Source: Candidatus Lustribacter sp.
GTDB taxonomy: Bacteria; Vulcanimicrobiota; Vulcanimicrobiia; Vulcanimicrobiales; Vulcanimicrobiaceae
Assembly (NCBI GenBank): GCA_965277805.1
Contig: OZ255842.1
Span: 2,624,001 to 2,688,000, forward strand
Reading direction: 5' to 3'
Length of the DNA: 64,000 nucleotides
The notes under the pieces were generated by a model. That model ran no database searches. It saw only the letters and a list, made by a program, of their open reading frames with translations, and was not told where the DNA came from. A program made the translations under genes and the position numbers. This document shows positions 46,624 through 56,256 of the stretch, piece after piece (the first letter of the stretch is position 1; the number at the start of each line of letters is the position of its first letter).

Positions 46624-47624
46624 CGCGCGGCTGCTGCTTCCAGCACGGCGCGCTGTTCGGGCGGGATCGCCCCGGTTTGCGCCGGGTCGACCGGCAGCGC
46701 GTCGTCGTAACCGACGATCGTATCGGCGACGCACGCCGCCAACGCGCTCGGGTCGTAACCGCCCTCGAGCACGAACAGCGCGCGGCCGTTGCAGTAGTCA
46801 TCGGCGATTTCGCGGATCAAGCGGCCGATCTGACCGGCCGCGCTCGTCGACACGCCGAGATCGCCGACCGGATCGCCGGCCACGAAGTCGTAACCCGCGC
46901 TGACGATGATGATGCCCGGCTTCACGCGCTTGGCGAGCGTGCGTAACGCCGACGTCCAAATCGCAACGAACGCTTCGGTGGAAATGCCCGACGCCGCAAG
47001 CGGGACGTTGACGAGCTGCCCGTCGGAGGCAGCGCGATTGTCGCGCGCGGAACCGGTTCCCGGATACGCCGGCATCGCATGGGTGGAAAGATACGAGAGG
47101 CCGCGTCCGACGAGCGCCTGCGTGCCGTTGCCGTGATGGTAGTCGATGTCGGCGATAATCGCGGGCCGGCCGGTTTCGGCCGAGAACGCGCGCGCCGCGA
47201 TCGCCGCGTTGTTGAAAAGGCAAAAGCCCATGCCCCGCGCGGGTTCGGCGTGATGTCCGGGCGGGCGCACGAGCGCAAACGCCGCGCGCTTCGCTGCCGT
47301 AGCGTGAGCGAGCGCGGCTAACGCCCCGCCCGCCGCGTGCAGTGCGCCCTCGAACGACGTGGCGCCGATATCGGTATCGCCGGTCGTCAGCTCGTTGTAC
47401 TCGTTGATGTCGAGCCGCTGACATTCACGCTTCGCCAACTCGATATACGTTGTGTCGTGCGCGAGCGCGATCTCCGATTCCGTTGCGCGCCGCGTATCGA
47501 TCCGCTCGTCGAGCAATCCCCGGCGTTCCAGCTCGGCCGCCACCACGCGAACGCGGTCGGGCTGCTCGACATGGTGGACACCGGCGAGGTGACGGGTGAG
47601 CGACTCGTCATACGCGACGAGCAT
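46620..47624 (-). CDS. Histone deacetylase family protein
   Basis: RPPGHHA, GFCLFNN, DIDYHHGNGTQ, SAGYD, LEGGY. Confidence 0.93.
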   Translation of the reverse strand: MLVAYDESLTRHLAGVHHVEQPDRVRVVAAELERRGLLDERIDTRRATESEIALAHDTTYIELAKRECQRLDINEYNELTTGDTDIGATSFEGALHAAGGALAALAHATAAKRAAFALVRPPGHHAEPARGMGFCLFNNAAIAARAFSAETGRPAIIADIDYHHGNGTQALVGRGLSYLSTHAMPAYPGTGSARDNRAASDGQLVNVPLAASGISTEAFVAIWTSALRTLAKRVKPGIIIVSAGYDFVAGDPVGDLGVSTSAAGQIGRLIREIADDYCNGRALFVLEGGYDPSALAACVADTIVGYDDALPVDPAQTGAIPPEQRAVLEAAAAR

Positions 47625-47629
47625 CGTCG

Positions 47630-49213
47630 TTAGTGCTTCGGAGCCGCGCTCGGACTCGGTTTCGGTTTCGGCTTGAGGGCCGTGGTTGAAACCGGTTTGG
47701 CCGCGGATTTATGATCGTAGCTCGCGATGATTTGCTGCACTTGCGTGTAGCCTTGCGTCCCGGGCTTGAGGAAGGTGAGGAAACGCACGTAGGTCGCCTT
47801 CGCCTTCTGCGGCTGGTTTGCGCCCTGATAGGCCGTGGCCATGCTGTAGAGGATGCCCGGATTCGCCTTGACCAGCGGCGCGGCGTTCTTGTCGAGCGTC
47901 TCGTAGATCTGGACCGCTTCGGGCCAATTCTTCGAGGCTTGATCGGCGGCGGCGAGCCCGACGAGCGCGTCCGGCGTCTTCGCCAAGTTGAACGATGCCT
48001 TGAAGGCATCGCGCGCGGCGTTCGGATTTTTCGCCGCGAGGTAGGCTTGACCGAGCAGCATGTACGCGCGCGGATCGTTGGCGTCGACTTCCGTCAGGCG
48101 CTTGTAGTTCGTGACGGCTTTGTTGAAGTCGTTGGACTCGGCGGCGGCCTGGCCCAAACGCGCGAGCGCTTCCGGGTTGTCGTTATTCGGACCGGCGGCC
48201 GTGGTCCACTCGCGCAGGGCACCGGTTTTGTCGTTCACCGCTTGGAGATAGTCGCCGTACGCGAGGTGCGACTGCGGCAAGTTGCCGTAGCTGTCGATCG
48301 CGCGGCGGAAGGCCGCGTCGGCGTCGGTGTTCTGTTTTTCGCGCGCGTAGACGAGGCCCATCTGATCGGTGATGCCGGCCTTCTGCGCCTGATCGGGAAG
48401 CAGACCCAGGAGGGTGTTGTACGTATCGATCGACGTTTTGACGTCGTGCTGCGCGGAGGCGAGCTCGGCCTTGCCGGCCAGCGCTTCCAAGTCTTTGGGA
48501 TCGAGCGCGAGCGCCTTGTCGAACAGCGGCATCGCGAGGGCGAGCGAGTTCTGGTCTTCGTAGGTGCGCGCTTCGAGGATGTACGGATGCGGGTCTTTGG
48601 GATTGGCCTTCGCGACCGATTCGAACTGCGCACGCGCTTCGTCGTACTTCTTCTCAACGGCAAGAACGAAGCCGAGATTTTCGGCCGCCTCGGTCGAGTT
48701 GGCGTTGAACGTCAGCGCACGGCGGGCGACGCGCTCGGCGTCGGCCGGACGGTTCGCCGTCATGTACATCTGCGTGAGCGCCTGCAACACTTGCATGTTG
48801 GTCGGCTCGAGGTTCGCCGCTTGCTCCATGCTCGCGATGCCCGCGTCGGCCTTACCCAACGCCGCCTGCGAGGCGCCGTCGACGAAGTAGACCTGCGCGT
48901 TCTTCGTTCCGCCGGCGAGCAGCTTCTGCGTCAACTGCACGGCAAGGTCGGGCCGGTTGGCCTGCAGATACATCAGCGACAACTGCATCATCGAGTCTTT
49001 GTCGTTGGGGTTCGCCTTCAGCGCGGCTTCGAGACGCGGGATCGCGTGATCCAGCGCTTCGGGGGTCGCGGTCGGGGAAGGCGCAGCCGATGGTGATGCG
49101 GACGGCGCTGCGGCGGGCTTGCCTGCGGCACCGGCGGGGTTCGAGATACCGACGGCGACCGCGGCGGCAATTGCGCCGGCGGCGAACAGGACGGAAGAAC
49201 GGAAACGGATCAC
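47630..49213 (-). CDS. Secreted tetratricopeptide repeat protein
   Basis: GTG 49213 after AAGAG, signal peptide, many TPR repeats (ALKANPND, ALALDPKD). Confidence 0.85.
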   Translation of the reverse strand: MIRFRSSVLFAAGAIAAAVAVGISNPAGAAGKPAAAPSASPSAAPSPTATPEALDHAIPRLEAALKANPNDKDSMMQLSLMYLQANRPDLAVQLTQKLLAGGTKNAQVYFVDGASQAALGKADAGIASMEQAANLEPTNMQVLQALTQMYMTANRPADAERVARRALTFNANSTEAAENLGFVLAVEKKYDEARAQFESVAKANPKDPHPYILEARTYEDQNSLALAMPLFDKALALDPKDLEALAGKAELASAQHDVKTSIDTYNTLLGLLPDQAQKAGITDQMGLVYAREKQNTDADAAFRRAIDSYGNLPQSHLAYGDYLQAVNDKTGALREWTTAAGPNNDNPEALARLGQAAAESNDFNKAVTNYKRLTEVDANDPRAYMLLGQAYLAAKNPNAARDAFKASFNLAKTPDALVGLAAADQASKNWPEAVQIYETLDKNAAPLVKANPGILYSMATAYQGANQPQKAKATYVRFLTFLKPGTQGYTQVQQIIASYDHKSAAKPVSTTALKPKPKPSPSAAPKH

Positions 49214-49232
49214 GAGCAGCTCTTTCGGGGTG

Positions 49233-50216
49233 TTACGCGTGGGCGGCTTTCGCCTCACGAACGAGTTTGGTGAGTTCGGGGACAATGGCGAAGGCGTCGC
49301 CCACAACGAGCAAGTCCGCGAAATCGGCAATCGGAACGCCGGCGTCTTTGTTGATCGCGACGATCGTCGCGGCGGTACGCATGCCCACCTTATGTTGGAT
49401 GGCACCGGAAATCCCGACCGCAACATAGAGTGACGGGCTGATGGTCTTTCCGGTTTGTCCGACTTGATGGCCGTGCGAGACCCAGCCCGCGTCGACGGCC
49501 GCGCGCGAAGCGCCGACCGCGCCCCCAAACGCTTCGGCGAGATCGTGCAGAATGCCCGTGAACGGCTCCGGACCGCCCATGCCGCGCCCCCCGGAAACAA
49601 CGACCGACGCTTCCTCGACGCCTAGCTCGGCAGCCGCTTCCTCGACGTCGTCCTCGACGGTAACTGCGTATGACTTACCGCTCGGGGCAAGCGCCACGAT
49701 CTCGCCGGATCCGGCTTTGGGAGTCACGGCGAACACGTTCGGCCGTATCGCGGCCACACCGTAATCACAGTTCTTGAACGCGCAACTGGTAATCGTTGTT
49801 CCGCCGAGCTTGGGCGAGGCGCACACGACCCGCGCTTCGCTGACCTCGATAGCGGTCACGTCGGCGTTGATCCCCGCATCGACGCGCCCGGCGAAGCGCG
49901 AGCCGACGTCGCGTCCGATCAAGGTGTTGGCCATGATCACGAATGCCGGACCGGCAGCCCGCGCCACGGCCTCGAGCGCATCGACCAGCGGGTCGACGCC
50001 GGCCCGGCCGAGCCCGGCATCGTCGAGGACGTGGATGCGGTCGACCGGATACGCCTTGAGCGACTCCGCGACCGCGGCAGCGCCGGCGCCCGCAACGACG
50101 GCATGAACGATTCCACCGAGCGCGTCGGCGGCCGGCCGCGCGGCGCAGACCGCCTCGATCGACGAGCGGCGCGCGCTGCCGTTCTTGTGCTCGATGAACG
50201 CGATGACGTCTTTCAC
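49233..50216 (-). CDS. etfA: Electron transfer flavoprotein alpha
   Basis: GGRGMG, GASRAAVDAGW, QVGQTGK, GISGAIQH. Confidence 0.95.
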   Translation of the reverse strand: MKDVIAFIEHKNGSARRSSIEAVCAARPAADALGGIVHAVVAGAGAAAVAESLKAYPVDRIHVLDDAGLGRAGVDPLVDALEAVARAAGPAFVIMANTLIGRDVGSRFAGRVDAGINADVTAIEVSEARVVCASPKLGGTTITSCAFKNCDYGVAAIRPNVFAVTPKAGSGEIVALAPSGKSYAVTVEDDVEEAAAELGVEEASVVVSGGRGMGGPEPFTGILHDLAEAFGGAVGASRAAVDAGWVSHGHQVGQTGKTISPSLYVAVGISGAIQHKVGMRTAATIVAINKDAGVPIADFADLLVVGDAFAIVPELTKLVREAKAAHA

Positions 50217-51001
50217 AGCAGTTGCCGGCTCTTGAGAAACTCGAGCACGATGCGCGCGCCGTCCGCGCCGTCGGCCGCCGTGGCGGTGCGACCCTTCTCG
50301 CGTCCGGGCGGCGTTGCGAGCGCCAGCACTTCGGTACGCGAGCCGTCGCTGCCGACCGCCTTCGTCAAGCCGAGATCCGCAAGCGCGAGCGTCTTGATGT
50401 CCTTTTTCTTCGCGCCCATGATGCCTTTGAGCGACGGATAGCGCGGCTCGTTCGCGCTTTTCGTCACGCTCGCCAGTGCAGGCAACGGCGCGCTTATCGT
50501 TTGGTAGCCGGTTTCCGTTTCACGCTTGACGCGCAGCCGGCCGCCGTCAATTTCGAGAGCGCGCGCGTACGTGAGCGCGGGCACGCCGAGATACTCCGCC
50601 AGCATGCCGGGCAAATCACCCGAAATCGCATCGGTCGATTGCGTACCGGTGAGCACGAGATCGAAGCCGCCGGCTTTGATGCCGTGCGCGATCGCATACG
50701 CAGTCGCCCACAGATCCGAACCGGCGAGAGCGGGATCGGAGAGAATCACCGCATCGTCGGCGCCCATCGCGAGCGCTTTGCGCACGATCTCACGGCCGCT
50801 CTCGGGCGTCATCGAGAAAATCGTAACGGTCGAACCGTCGGCGAGTTTGTCACGCAACTGCAGCGCCGCTTCGATCGCGTATTCATCGAACGGGTTGAGC
50901 ACGATATCGACACCCGTGCGAACGAGGCGCTTCGTCGCCGGATCGATGCGTTTTTCGGCAGTCGTGTCCGGGACGAGTTTTACGGTGACGACGATCTTCA
51001 A
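50213..51001 (-). CDS. etfB: Electron transfer flavoprotein beta
   Basis: VKLVPD, NPFDEYAIE, ALAMGAD, NEPRYPSLKGIM. Confidence 0.95.
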   Translation of the reverse strand: MKIVVTVKLVPDTTAEKRIDPATKRLVRTGVDIVLNPFDEYAIEAALQLRDKLADGSTVTIFSMTPESGREIVRKALAMGADDAVILSDPALAGSDLWATAYAIAHGIKAGGFDLVLTGTQSTDAISGDLPGMLAEYLGVPALTYARALEIDGGRLRVKRETETGYQTISAPLPALASVTKSANEPRYPSLKGIMGAKKKDIKTLALADLGLTKAVGSDGSRTEVLALATPPGREKGRTATAADGADGARIVLEFLKSRQLL

Positions 51002-51093
51002 GAAGCCCAACCCCCGACACGCGAAACCCGGCTCGTGTGCCGGGCTTCGGAACGACTCGGGGTTCCCGCCGGATGCAGCGGGCTCCTAGTAAT

Positions 51094-53019
51094 TTACGTT
51101 TTAAAGCGCTGGTAAAACTGGATTTGGGGACCGTGGAAAGCAGGCGAGAGTCCACCCGGTATCGTCGGCAATCCTGAGACAGAGTATAGACGCCACTGCA
51201 AGCCGTAACCGGTCGTGCCGTTGGGTCGCAACTCGAGGCCCGCAAACACGAGATCTTCGGCGAGCTGCGCGTTGTTCGGGCCCGAGGTATCGAACTGGCC
51301 GTTGAGGCCGAAGCGGCCGACGCCCGCGGCGCCGTACACCTTGGGGCCGAAGTTACGCGCGAAGGTCAGCACGCCGGCGGGATAGTTCACGTTGACGTTG
51401 TCTTGCGGCTGACCGGCGGGAGCTTGACGCCACGTGTTCACCTGACCGAGATCGAGCGTGATGTCGGCGAAGCTCGCGTGGTAGTTGAACCAGCCTTCCC
51501 AATGCTGTTCGTATCCGGTCGTGCCCGGATTGGTCGTCTGCACGAGGAAGTACGGCTCGATGAAACCGGGCTGAAATGCATTGCCCGGATTGAGCGCGCT
51601 GATTTGCGAATACTGCGCGAACGCTAAGCGCACTTCAACGCCGGCAACGATGAACGTCGTGTTGATCTTTCCGCCCTGACGGTTCGGTCCCACTTGCGAA
51701 TTATCGACGAGCTGATAGTCGCCGCGCAAGAACGTGCCGGGCCACGCGGCCGGATACGACCAGACGTTTTCGAGCGTGCCGTAATCGAGAACCGCCGGCG
51801 CGTAGGTGGGCTCGAAGCGCACGCCTTCGACTTGAACGTCGAAGTGCGTGAACCCGTGATGCACCTTCGCGTAGTAGTAGTTGCCGTTGGTGCAACCCGG
51901 CGTCGGATTGACGACGCCGACGGCGCTGTAGCACGAGTAGCCGTAACGCAGTTCGCCGTCGCTCGCGGCCGGCAGATTGAACGTCGCGCCGACGCCGGCG
52001 ACGAACATCTTCTGCCCGAGCACGGTCGATTGTCCGACGCCGTTCGTCACCGTCGGCAGGGTGCCGAAGAGAACGTTACCCGTGTCCGGACCGCTCGTAT
52101 TGAGGCCGGTGAGTTGCATGGAATAGCGCAGGCCGGCGCCGTGATCTTGAATCAGCGAAGCGCTGAGAATACGCGCCGGCGCGTTGTACGGCGCGGGCAG
52201 ATCGGCGCTCGTGACTTCGAGCGTGTTGATGTCGTCCTTCACCCAAAAGTCGGCGCCCGAAAGCGGAAGAATCGTCGGGCCTTCTTTGAGCACATCGTTC
52301 GTCGGCGGACCGTTGCCGATCGATTGCGGCAACTGCGGCGCGAGTTGGAACGGCGTGTTGGTCCACGGCGCCTGACTCAACGCCCACGGCACGCTCTGAT
52401 GCAAATTGAACCAGCCGACGGTGAGTGCTCCGCGGCCCGTGTGATCGGCAATCGAGCCCGAGAGAAAACCGAGCTTCGTCGCGCTGATCGGATCTTGTCC
52501 GTTGTGCGTCGGGAATGCGGGCTTGAGCGTGTACGCGCGGCTGCCGACGTTGGCGTTGATCGAGGGCATGATCGCATCGCCCCAATAGTTGACGACGTTG
52601 CCCGTGCCGGATGCCGAACCGTAGCCGATCGTCGTCGTGACGTCGACGCTCGGCGTAATCGCATAAACCGGCTTCAGCAAGAAGTCCTGACTGATGCCCT
52701 CGCCGGTAACCAGCGGACCGCCCGAAAACAAGTCGTAAGGCGTGCCCGGCGCGGGAACGCCGCCGGCGGTGAAGGCCGGGCCCTCGGCCGGGGTCGTTCC
52801 CGGGCCGGTGAGCTGCTGGTTGGTGCCGGACGTGTACGTCTCGATCTTCAAACTGAATCTCGAGGGGGGCTTCGCCGTCGGGGCGGGACTCGGTACGGAC
52901 TGCGCGACCACGGCGGGGTCCGCGGCGGGCGCATTTTGCGCCCCGGCGGGTCGCTCGAGGCCGGCAATCCCAACGAGAATGGAAGCCGCAACTACGAGCG
53001 GCAAGGCTTGCTGACGCAC
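51094..53019 (-). CDS. Large secreted hypothetical protein, probable outer-membrane beta-barrel
   Basis: GGAGG-GTG 53019, signal peptide, beta-rich C-terminal half ending IQFYQRFKT. Confidence 0.65.
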   Translation of the reverse strand: MRQQALPLVVAASILVGIAGLERPAGAQNAPAADPAVVAQSVPSPAPTAKPPSRFSLKIETYTSGTNQQLTGPGTTPAEGPAFTAGGVPAPGTPYDLFSGGPLVTGEGISQDFLLKPVYAITPSVDVTTTIGYGSASGTGNVVNYWGDAIMPSINANVGSRAYTLKPAFPTHNGQDPISATKLGFLSGSIADHTGRGALTVGWFNLHQSVPWALSQAPWTNTPFQLAPQLPQSIGNGPPTNDVLKEGPTILPLSGADFWVKDDINTLEVTSADLPAPYNAPARILSASLIQDHGAGLRYSMQLTGLNTSGPDTGNVLFGTLPTVTNGVGQSTVLGQKMFVAGVGATFNLPAASDGELRYGYSCYSAVGVVNPTPGCTNGNYYYAKVHHGFTHFDVQVEGVRFEPTYAPAVLDYGTLENVWSYPAAWPGTFLRGDYQLVDNSQVGPNRQGGKINTTFIVAGVEVRLAFAQYSQISALNPGNAFQPGFIEPYFLVQTTNPGTTGYEQHWEGWFNYHASFADITLDLGQVNTWRQAPAGQPQDNVNVNYPAGVLTFARNFGPKVYGAAGVGRFGLNGQFDTSGPNNAQLAEDLVFAGLELRPNGTTGYGLQWRLYSVSGLPTIPGGLSPAFHGPQIQFYQRFKT

Positions 53020-53080
53020 GCCTCCGACTTCTCTTGCGGTCGGCGTTCTCCCACCTCGAAGAGAGGAGGGGGCGGACAGC

Positions 53081-53408
53081 TGGGATGACCGAGGCTCGAA
53101 CTCGGATGCCCTCGCGGGCGGCAGATTTTCGTACCACTTCGGCTTCCGCCGCCCGGCCTTCACGATGGAGTGCCGGTTCGTGGTCTGGACTGTGCCTTGA
53201 CCGTGGGGGTCCGCCTGAGTGGACTCCGATAGGCCGCGCCCGTCCAGTCTCTACACCTTCCGCCGGCAGGTAACCGGCGGCTTGGCTCGGCGTTGTCAGG
53301 GCACTGTGTGCCTCAGAGTTCACCGAATTTGAGCGCATCCCGGCCGGCGTTTCCGTTCGGCCGGCTCACGTGTAAGTCTGCTGTGTCTGCCTATTCCACC
53401 ATCATCCC
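53081..53408 (-). tRNA. tRNA-Leu(UAA), interrupted by intron (exons 53374-53408 and 53081-53129)
   Basis: Spliced sequence GGGATGATGGTGGAATAGGCAGACACAGCAGACTT^AAAATCTGCCGCCCGCGAGGGCATCCGAGTTCGAGCCTCGGTCATCCCA: 7-bp acceptor stem, anticodon stem GCAGA/TCTGC, variable arm, TTCGA loop; CCA not encoded. Confidence 0.93.
53130..53373 (-). ncRNA. Group I self-splicing intron (244 nt, no ORF)
   Basis: Follows exon U34 and ends in G; core elements CTCAAATTCGGTGAA, ACAACGCCGAGCCAAG, GTAGAGACTGGA, GGCACAGTCCA resemble P/Q/R/S of cyanobacterial tRNA-Leu introns. Confidence 0.9.
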
Positions 53409-53503
53409 GGATGCCGTTACGGGGCCTCTTCGACGGTCGCAACGAGGGCCTCCCCCGGCGAAAGCTTGTTTGGCATCATCGCATGCACGATAATGAAAAG
53501 TGA

Positions 53504-56053
53504 ATGTCCCTCCCCCGTGAACGCCTGACGGCGCTGCTCGCGGATTCGGCGCTGACCAGCGTCGAGCTCGTGATCGCGCCGCCCGGGTACGGCAAAACGA
53601 CGATTCTGCGCGACTACGCCGGAGACGATTCCGGCGCGGTCTTCGTGGCGCTCCCGGAAGCCGCGGATCTCGAAGCCTTCGTGCGTTCCGTGATCGCGGC
53701 TGCAGTGCCGGAGGCTCTGCATTCCGTGGGCGCGGTCTTTGATGGATCGAGCGACGAGAATCTCGATGCGCGGGCCGGCGACTGGCTCGTCTCTCGCCTG
53801 CGAGCGTTTGACGGAACGCTGATTATCGACGATTTCCATCGAACCGCGAGCGACGTTCGCGTAGCACAGGTTCTCGTGAACGCAATCGCCGCAACGCACG
53901 GTCGTATGCGCTGGGTCGTTGCATCGCGCGAGGCACCACGCTTCCCAATGGGGTCGTGGATCGCTCGCGGCTGGATGGGCTTGCCTCTTACCAGCGACGA
54001 TCTCCGGTTCACTCTCGATGAAGCACGAGAGTTGGCCGACATCCTCAACATCGCGATTTCGGAGCACGACCTCGAGGCGATCGTCGAAGACACGCTTGGG
54101 TGGCCGATCGGTGTCCGGCTCGCGCTGAGCCTGGTTGCGCGCAAACGCGCTCTCGGCCAGACGCGCGTGCAAACGCGCGAAGCGCTCTTCGCCCTGCTTG
54201 GTGACGAAGTCTGGGAACCACTCGAACCCGAACTGCGCGAGATCATCTCGTCGGCGGCACTGATGGCCGCGCCGACCATTACAACCCTCACGGCCGCTGG
54301 TTTCTCAGACGCGCGCAACGCCATCCCGCGAATCTTTTCGCGCGTGCCGTTTATCCAACCCATCGACGACGACTCTTTTGCAATACACGATCTCTTCCGC
54401 GAGTTCGTGACGGCCCAGACTCCTCGTCCCGCCGCTGAACGAACGGCCGTCGTGACGCGTATGGGTACAGCCCTTGTGTCCGGCGGAAATCCGGCCGATG
54501 GATTACGGCTGCTCATAGCCGCCGCCGATGTCGCCGGCGTGCGCGACGCACTTGCCGATCACGCCTTCAACCTGGTGGAAACCGGGCAGCGCACGATCGT
54601 GCAAACCGCGATCACGTTTCTCGGCGAGAATGAACTCGACGACGATGGCGTCGTGCTGGCGATTCGAGCGGCATTTGCCAACTCGGACGGGAGCGGAGTC
54701 AACGCGGCGAACCTTTACGTGCGCGCGTTGGCGCACAATCTTCCGTCAGAAATGCGATGCGAAGTAACGCATCGTCTCGCGATGAGCTATCTGTCGCGCA
54801 GTGATGTTCAGGCAGCCCTGAAGCTGCTTTTACCGGCCGCCGAAGACCCGACGTTTTCCGCCGACGAACATCTCGTCATGCGAGCCCTCTGCACGCTCGT
54901 TCGGGCGATGAACGGCGAAACCGCGACCATCCGCGAGTCGATCGATCACGTCGACCAAGCATTGACGTCGGTTGCCGCGGTAACGCAAGCACGGATCCTG
55001 CAACGGCTCGCAGTCGCAGCGTTCTATATCGGCGACTTCGAGGTCTCCGAACGCCTCGCGCATCGCGGCGCACTGCTCGCCGTCGACCTCTCGATGGACA
55101 CGCTCGCGGCGCTCTGCTACGGCACCCTCTACAGCATTGCTTCCAGCATCGACGGCAATACGCGGCGTGCGCGCGAATTCTTACGCGACCAGGCTGCCGC
55201 CGCCGAGCGCGCGGCTAATACCGCGCTGCGGGTGTTTGCGTTGCGCGCCGAGTTTGTGCTCGCCGCAGTGAATGCCGAAACGGAGCGGGCGCGCTCCCTC
55301 GATGCGACCCTCTCCAAACTCGTCGACGCTCGCACGTATCGGGATTCGTTTGCAATGCGAACGAGCCGCGCCCTACTTTACGTCGCAAGCGGTGACCTTA
55401 AAAAGGCGGAAGCGCCCCTGACGGCGCCGGCCTCCGACCTCTCCCCCGCCGAAGCGGCTTTCCGGGACGCCCTGCTCATTCTGCTGATGCTTGCCCGCGG
55501 CGAGCGTGCGGGCGCGGCGCTGGGGCTCGAACGCGCGCTGCTCATGGAAGCGTCGCTCGACAACTACAGCCGCACGCGGATCAGCTGCGCCTATGCCTTT
55601 CGCGCGGTCGCCTTTTGGATGCTCGACCGGCCCGTTCAAGCACGTCGCTCGTTCGGTTTCGACGCCACCGAGCTTCCGCAACACTATCGCATCCTCGTCG
55701 AAGCGCTGCGTACCCTGACCGAGTTCCGCCATCCGCTGCCCGACCGGAGCGCGGCCGCCGCTCTTTGCAACGATCTTGAAGAGGCGGACTTCGGCGCCTA
55801 TGCTGCCCTCGTGCGCCGCCTCGTCGAGCGCGATGCCAACGAAGTGGCACTGAGCTCAACGGAAATCGAGACACTTCGCGTCTTCGACCGGTACGGTGGG
55901 CGCGCGGTCGACGTCGCAAAGGCCTTGGGCAAGTCCCGTTATACGGTCCAGAACCAGATCCAGAGCGCAATCAAGAAGATCGGCTGCTCCGGCCGCGCCG
56001 AGGCGCTGGCGTATGCCCGGCAGCGCGGGTGGCTCGACCCGACCAATAGCTAA
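53504..56053 (+). CDS. MalT-like NTPase/helical-repeat regulator with C-terminal LuxR-type HTH
   Basis: APPGYGKT, LIIDDFH, LRFTLDEA, GWPIG, IHDLFREF; C-terminal VAKALGKSRYTVQNQIQSAIKKIG. Confidence 0.85.
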   Translation: MSLPRERLTALLADSALTSVELVIAPPGYGKTTILRDYAGDDSGAVFVALPEAADLEAFVRSVIAAAVPEALHSVGAVFDGSSDENLDARAGDWLVSRLRAFDGTLIIDDFHRTASDVRVAQVLVNAIAATHGRMRWVVASREAPRFPMGSWIARGWMGLPLTSDDLRFTLDEARELADILNIAISEHDLEAIVEDTLGWPIGVRLALSLVARKRALGQTRVQTREALFALLGDEVWEPLEPELREIISSAALMAAPTITTLTAAGFSDARNAIPRIFSRVPFIQPIDDDSFAIHDLFREFVTAQTPRPAAERTAVVTRMGTALVSGGNPADGLRLLIAAADVAGVRDALADHAFNLVETGQRTIVQTAITFLGENELDDDGVVLAIRAAFANSDGSGVNAANLYVRALAHNLPSEMRCEVTHRLAMSYLSRSDVQAALKLLLPAAEDPTFSADEHLVMRALCTLVRAMNGETATIRESIDHVDQALTSVAAVTQARILQRLAVAAFYIGDFEVSERLAHRGALLAVDLSMDTLAALCYGTLYSIASSIDGNTRRAREFLRDQAAAAERAANTALRVFALRAEFVLAAVNAETERARSLDATLSKLVDARTYRDSFAMRTSRALLYVASGDLKKAEAPLTAPASDLSPAEAAFRDALLILLMLARGERAGAALGLERALLMEASLDNYSRTRISCAYAFRAVAFWMLDRPVQARRSFGFDATELPQHYRILVEALRTLTEFRHPLPDRSAAAALCNDLEEADFGAYAALVRRLVERDANEVALSSTEIETLRVFDRYGGRAVDVAKALGKSRYTVQNQIQSAIKKIGCSGRAEALAYARQRGWLDPTNS

Positions 56054-56062
56054 ATCTAATCA

Positions 56063-56121
56063 TTCCGGATAGCTGACCGCCACGGTACGATCCTTTCAAG
56101 CTTCACTCGAATCTTGGAAGG
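56063..56121 (+). promoter_or_regulatory. Candidate promoter and RBS-sequestering hairpin for the small ORF
   Basis: TTCCGG-N17-TACGAT (56086); hairpin cctttcaag...cttggaagg (56092-56121) contains the GGAAGG RBS. Confidence 0.45.
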
Positions 56122-56129
56122 TTTGTAAA

Positions 56130-56228
56130 ATGCACGAGATCGCCACCGTCATTGCTGCCGCTGCGGCGCACGTTGCTCAACTCCTAGCCTTCATCAGCCC
56201 CACCGACATCATCCCGCCGCCGTTGTAA
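56130..56228 (+). CDS. Unannotated 32-aa peptide MHEIATVIAAAAAHVAQLLAFISPTDIIPPPL
   Basis: ATG 8 nt after GGAAGG, host-like codons, fills the gap between regulator and HD-GYP gene; below ORF-track cutoff. Confidence 0.7.
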   Translation: MHEIATVIAAAAAHVAQLLAFISPTDIIPPPL

Positions 56229-56256
56229 ATCCGGAACCGAAACGACGTATACGCCG

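Noticed and set aside
53082-53089. GGGATGAC shared by the tRNA acceptor end and the REP termini
   Set aside because: Only 8 nt with no flanking similarity; likely chance
52076-53338. ORFs crossing the tRNA and intron, as a possible homing endonuclease
   Set aside because: The intron is only 244 nt and shows no LAGLIDADG/HNH/GIY-YIG motif; the ORFs are spurious
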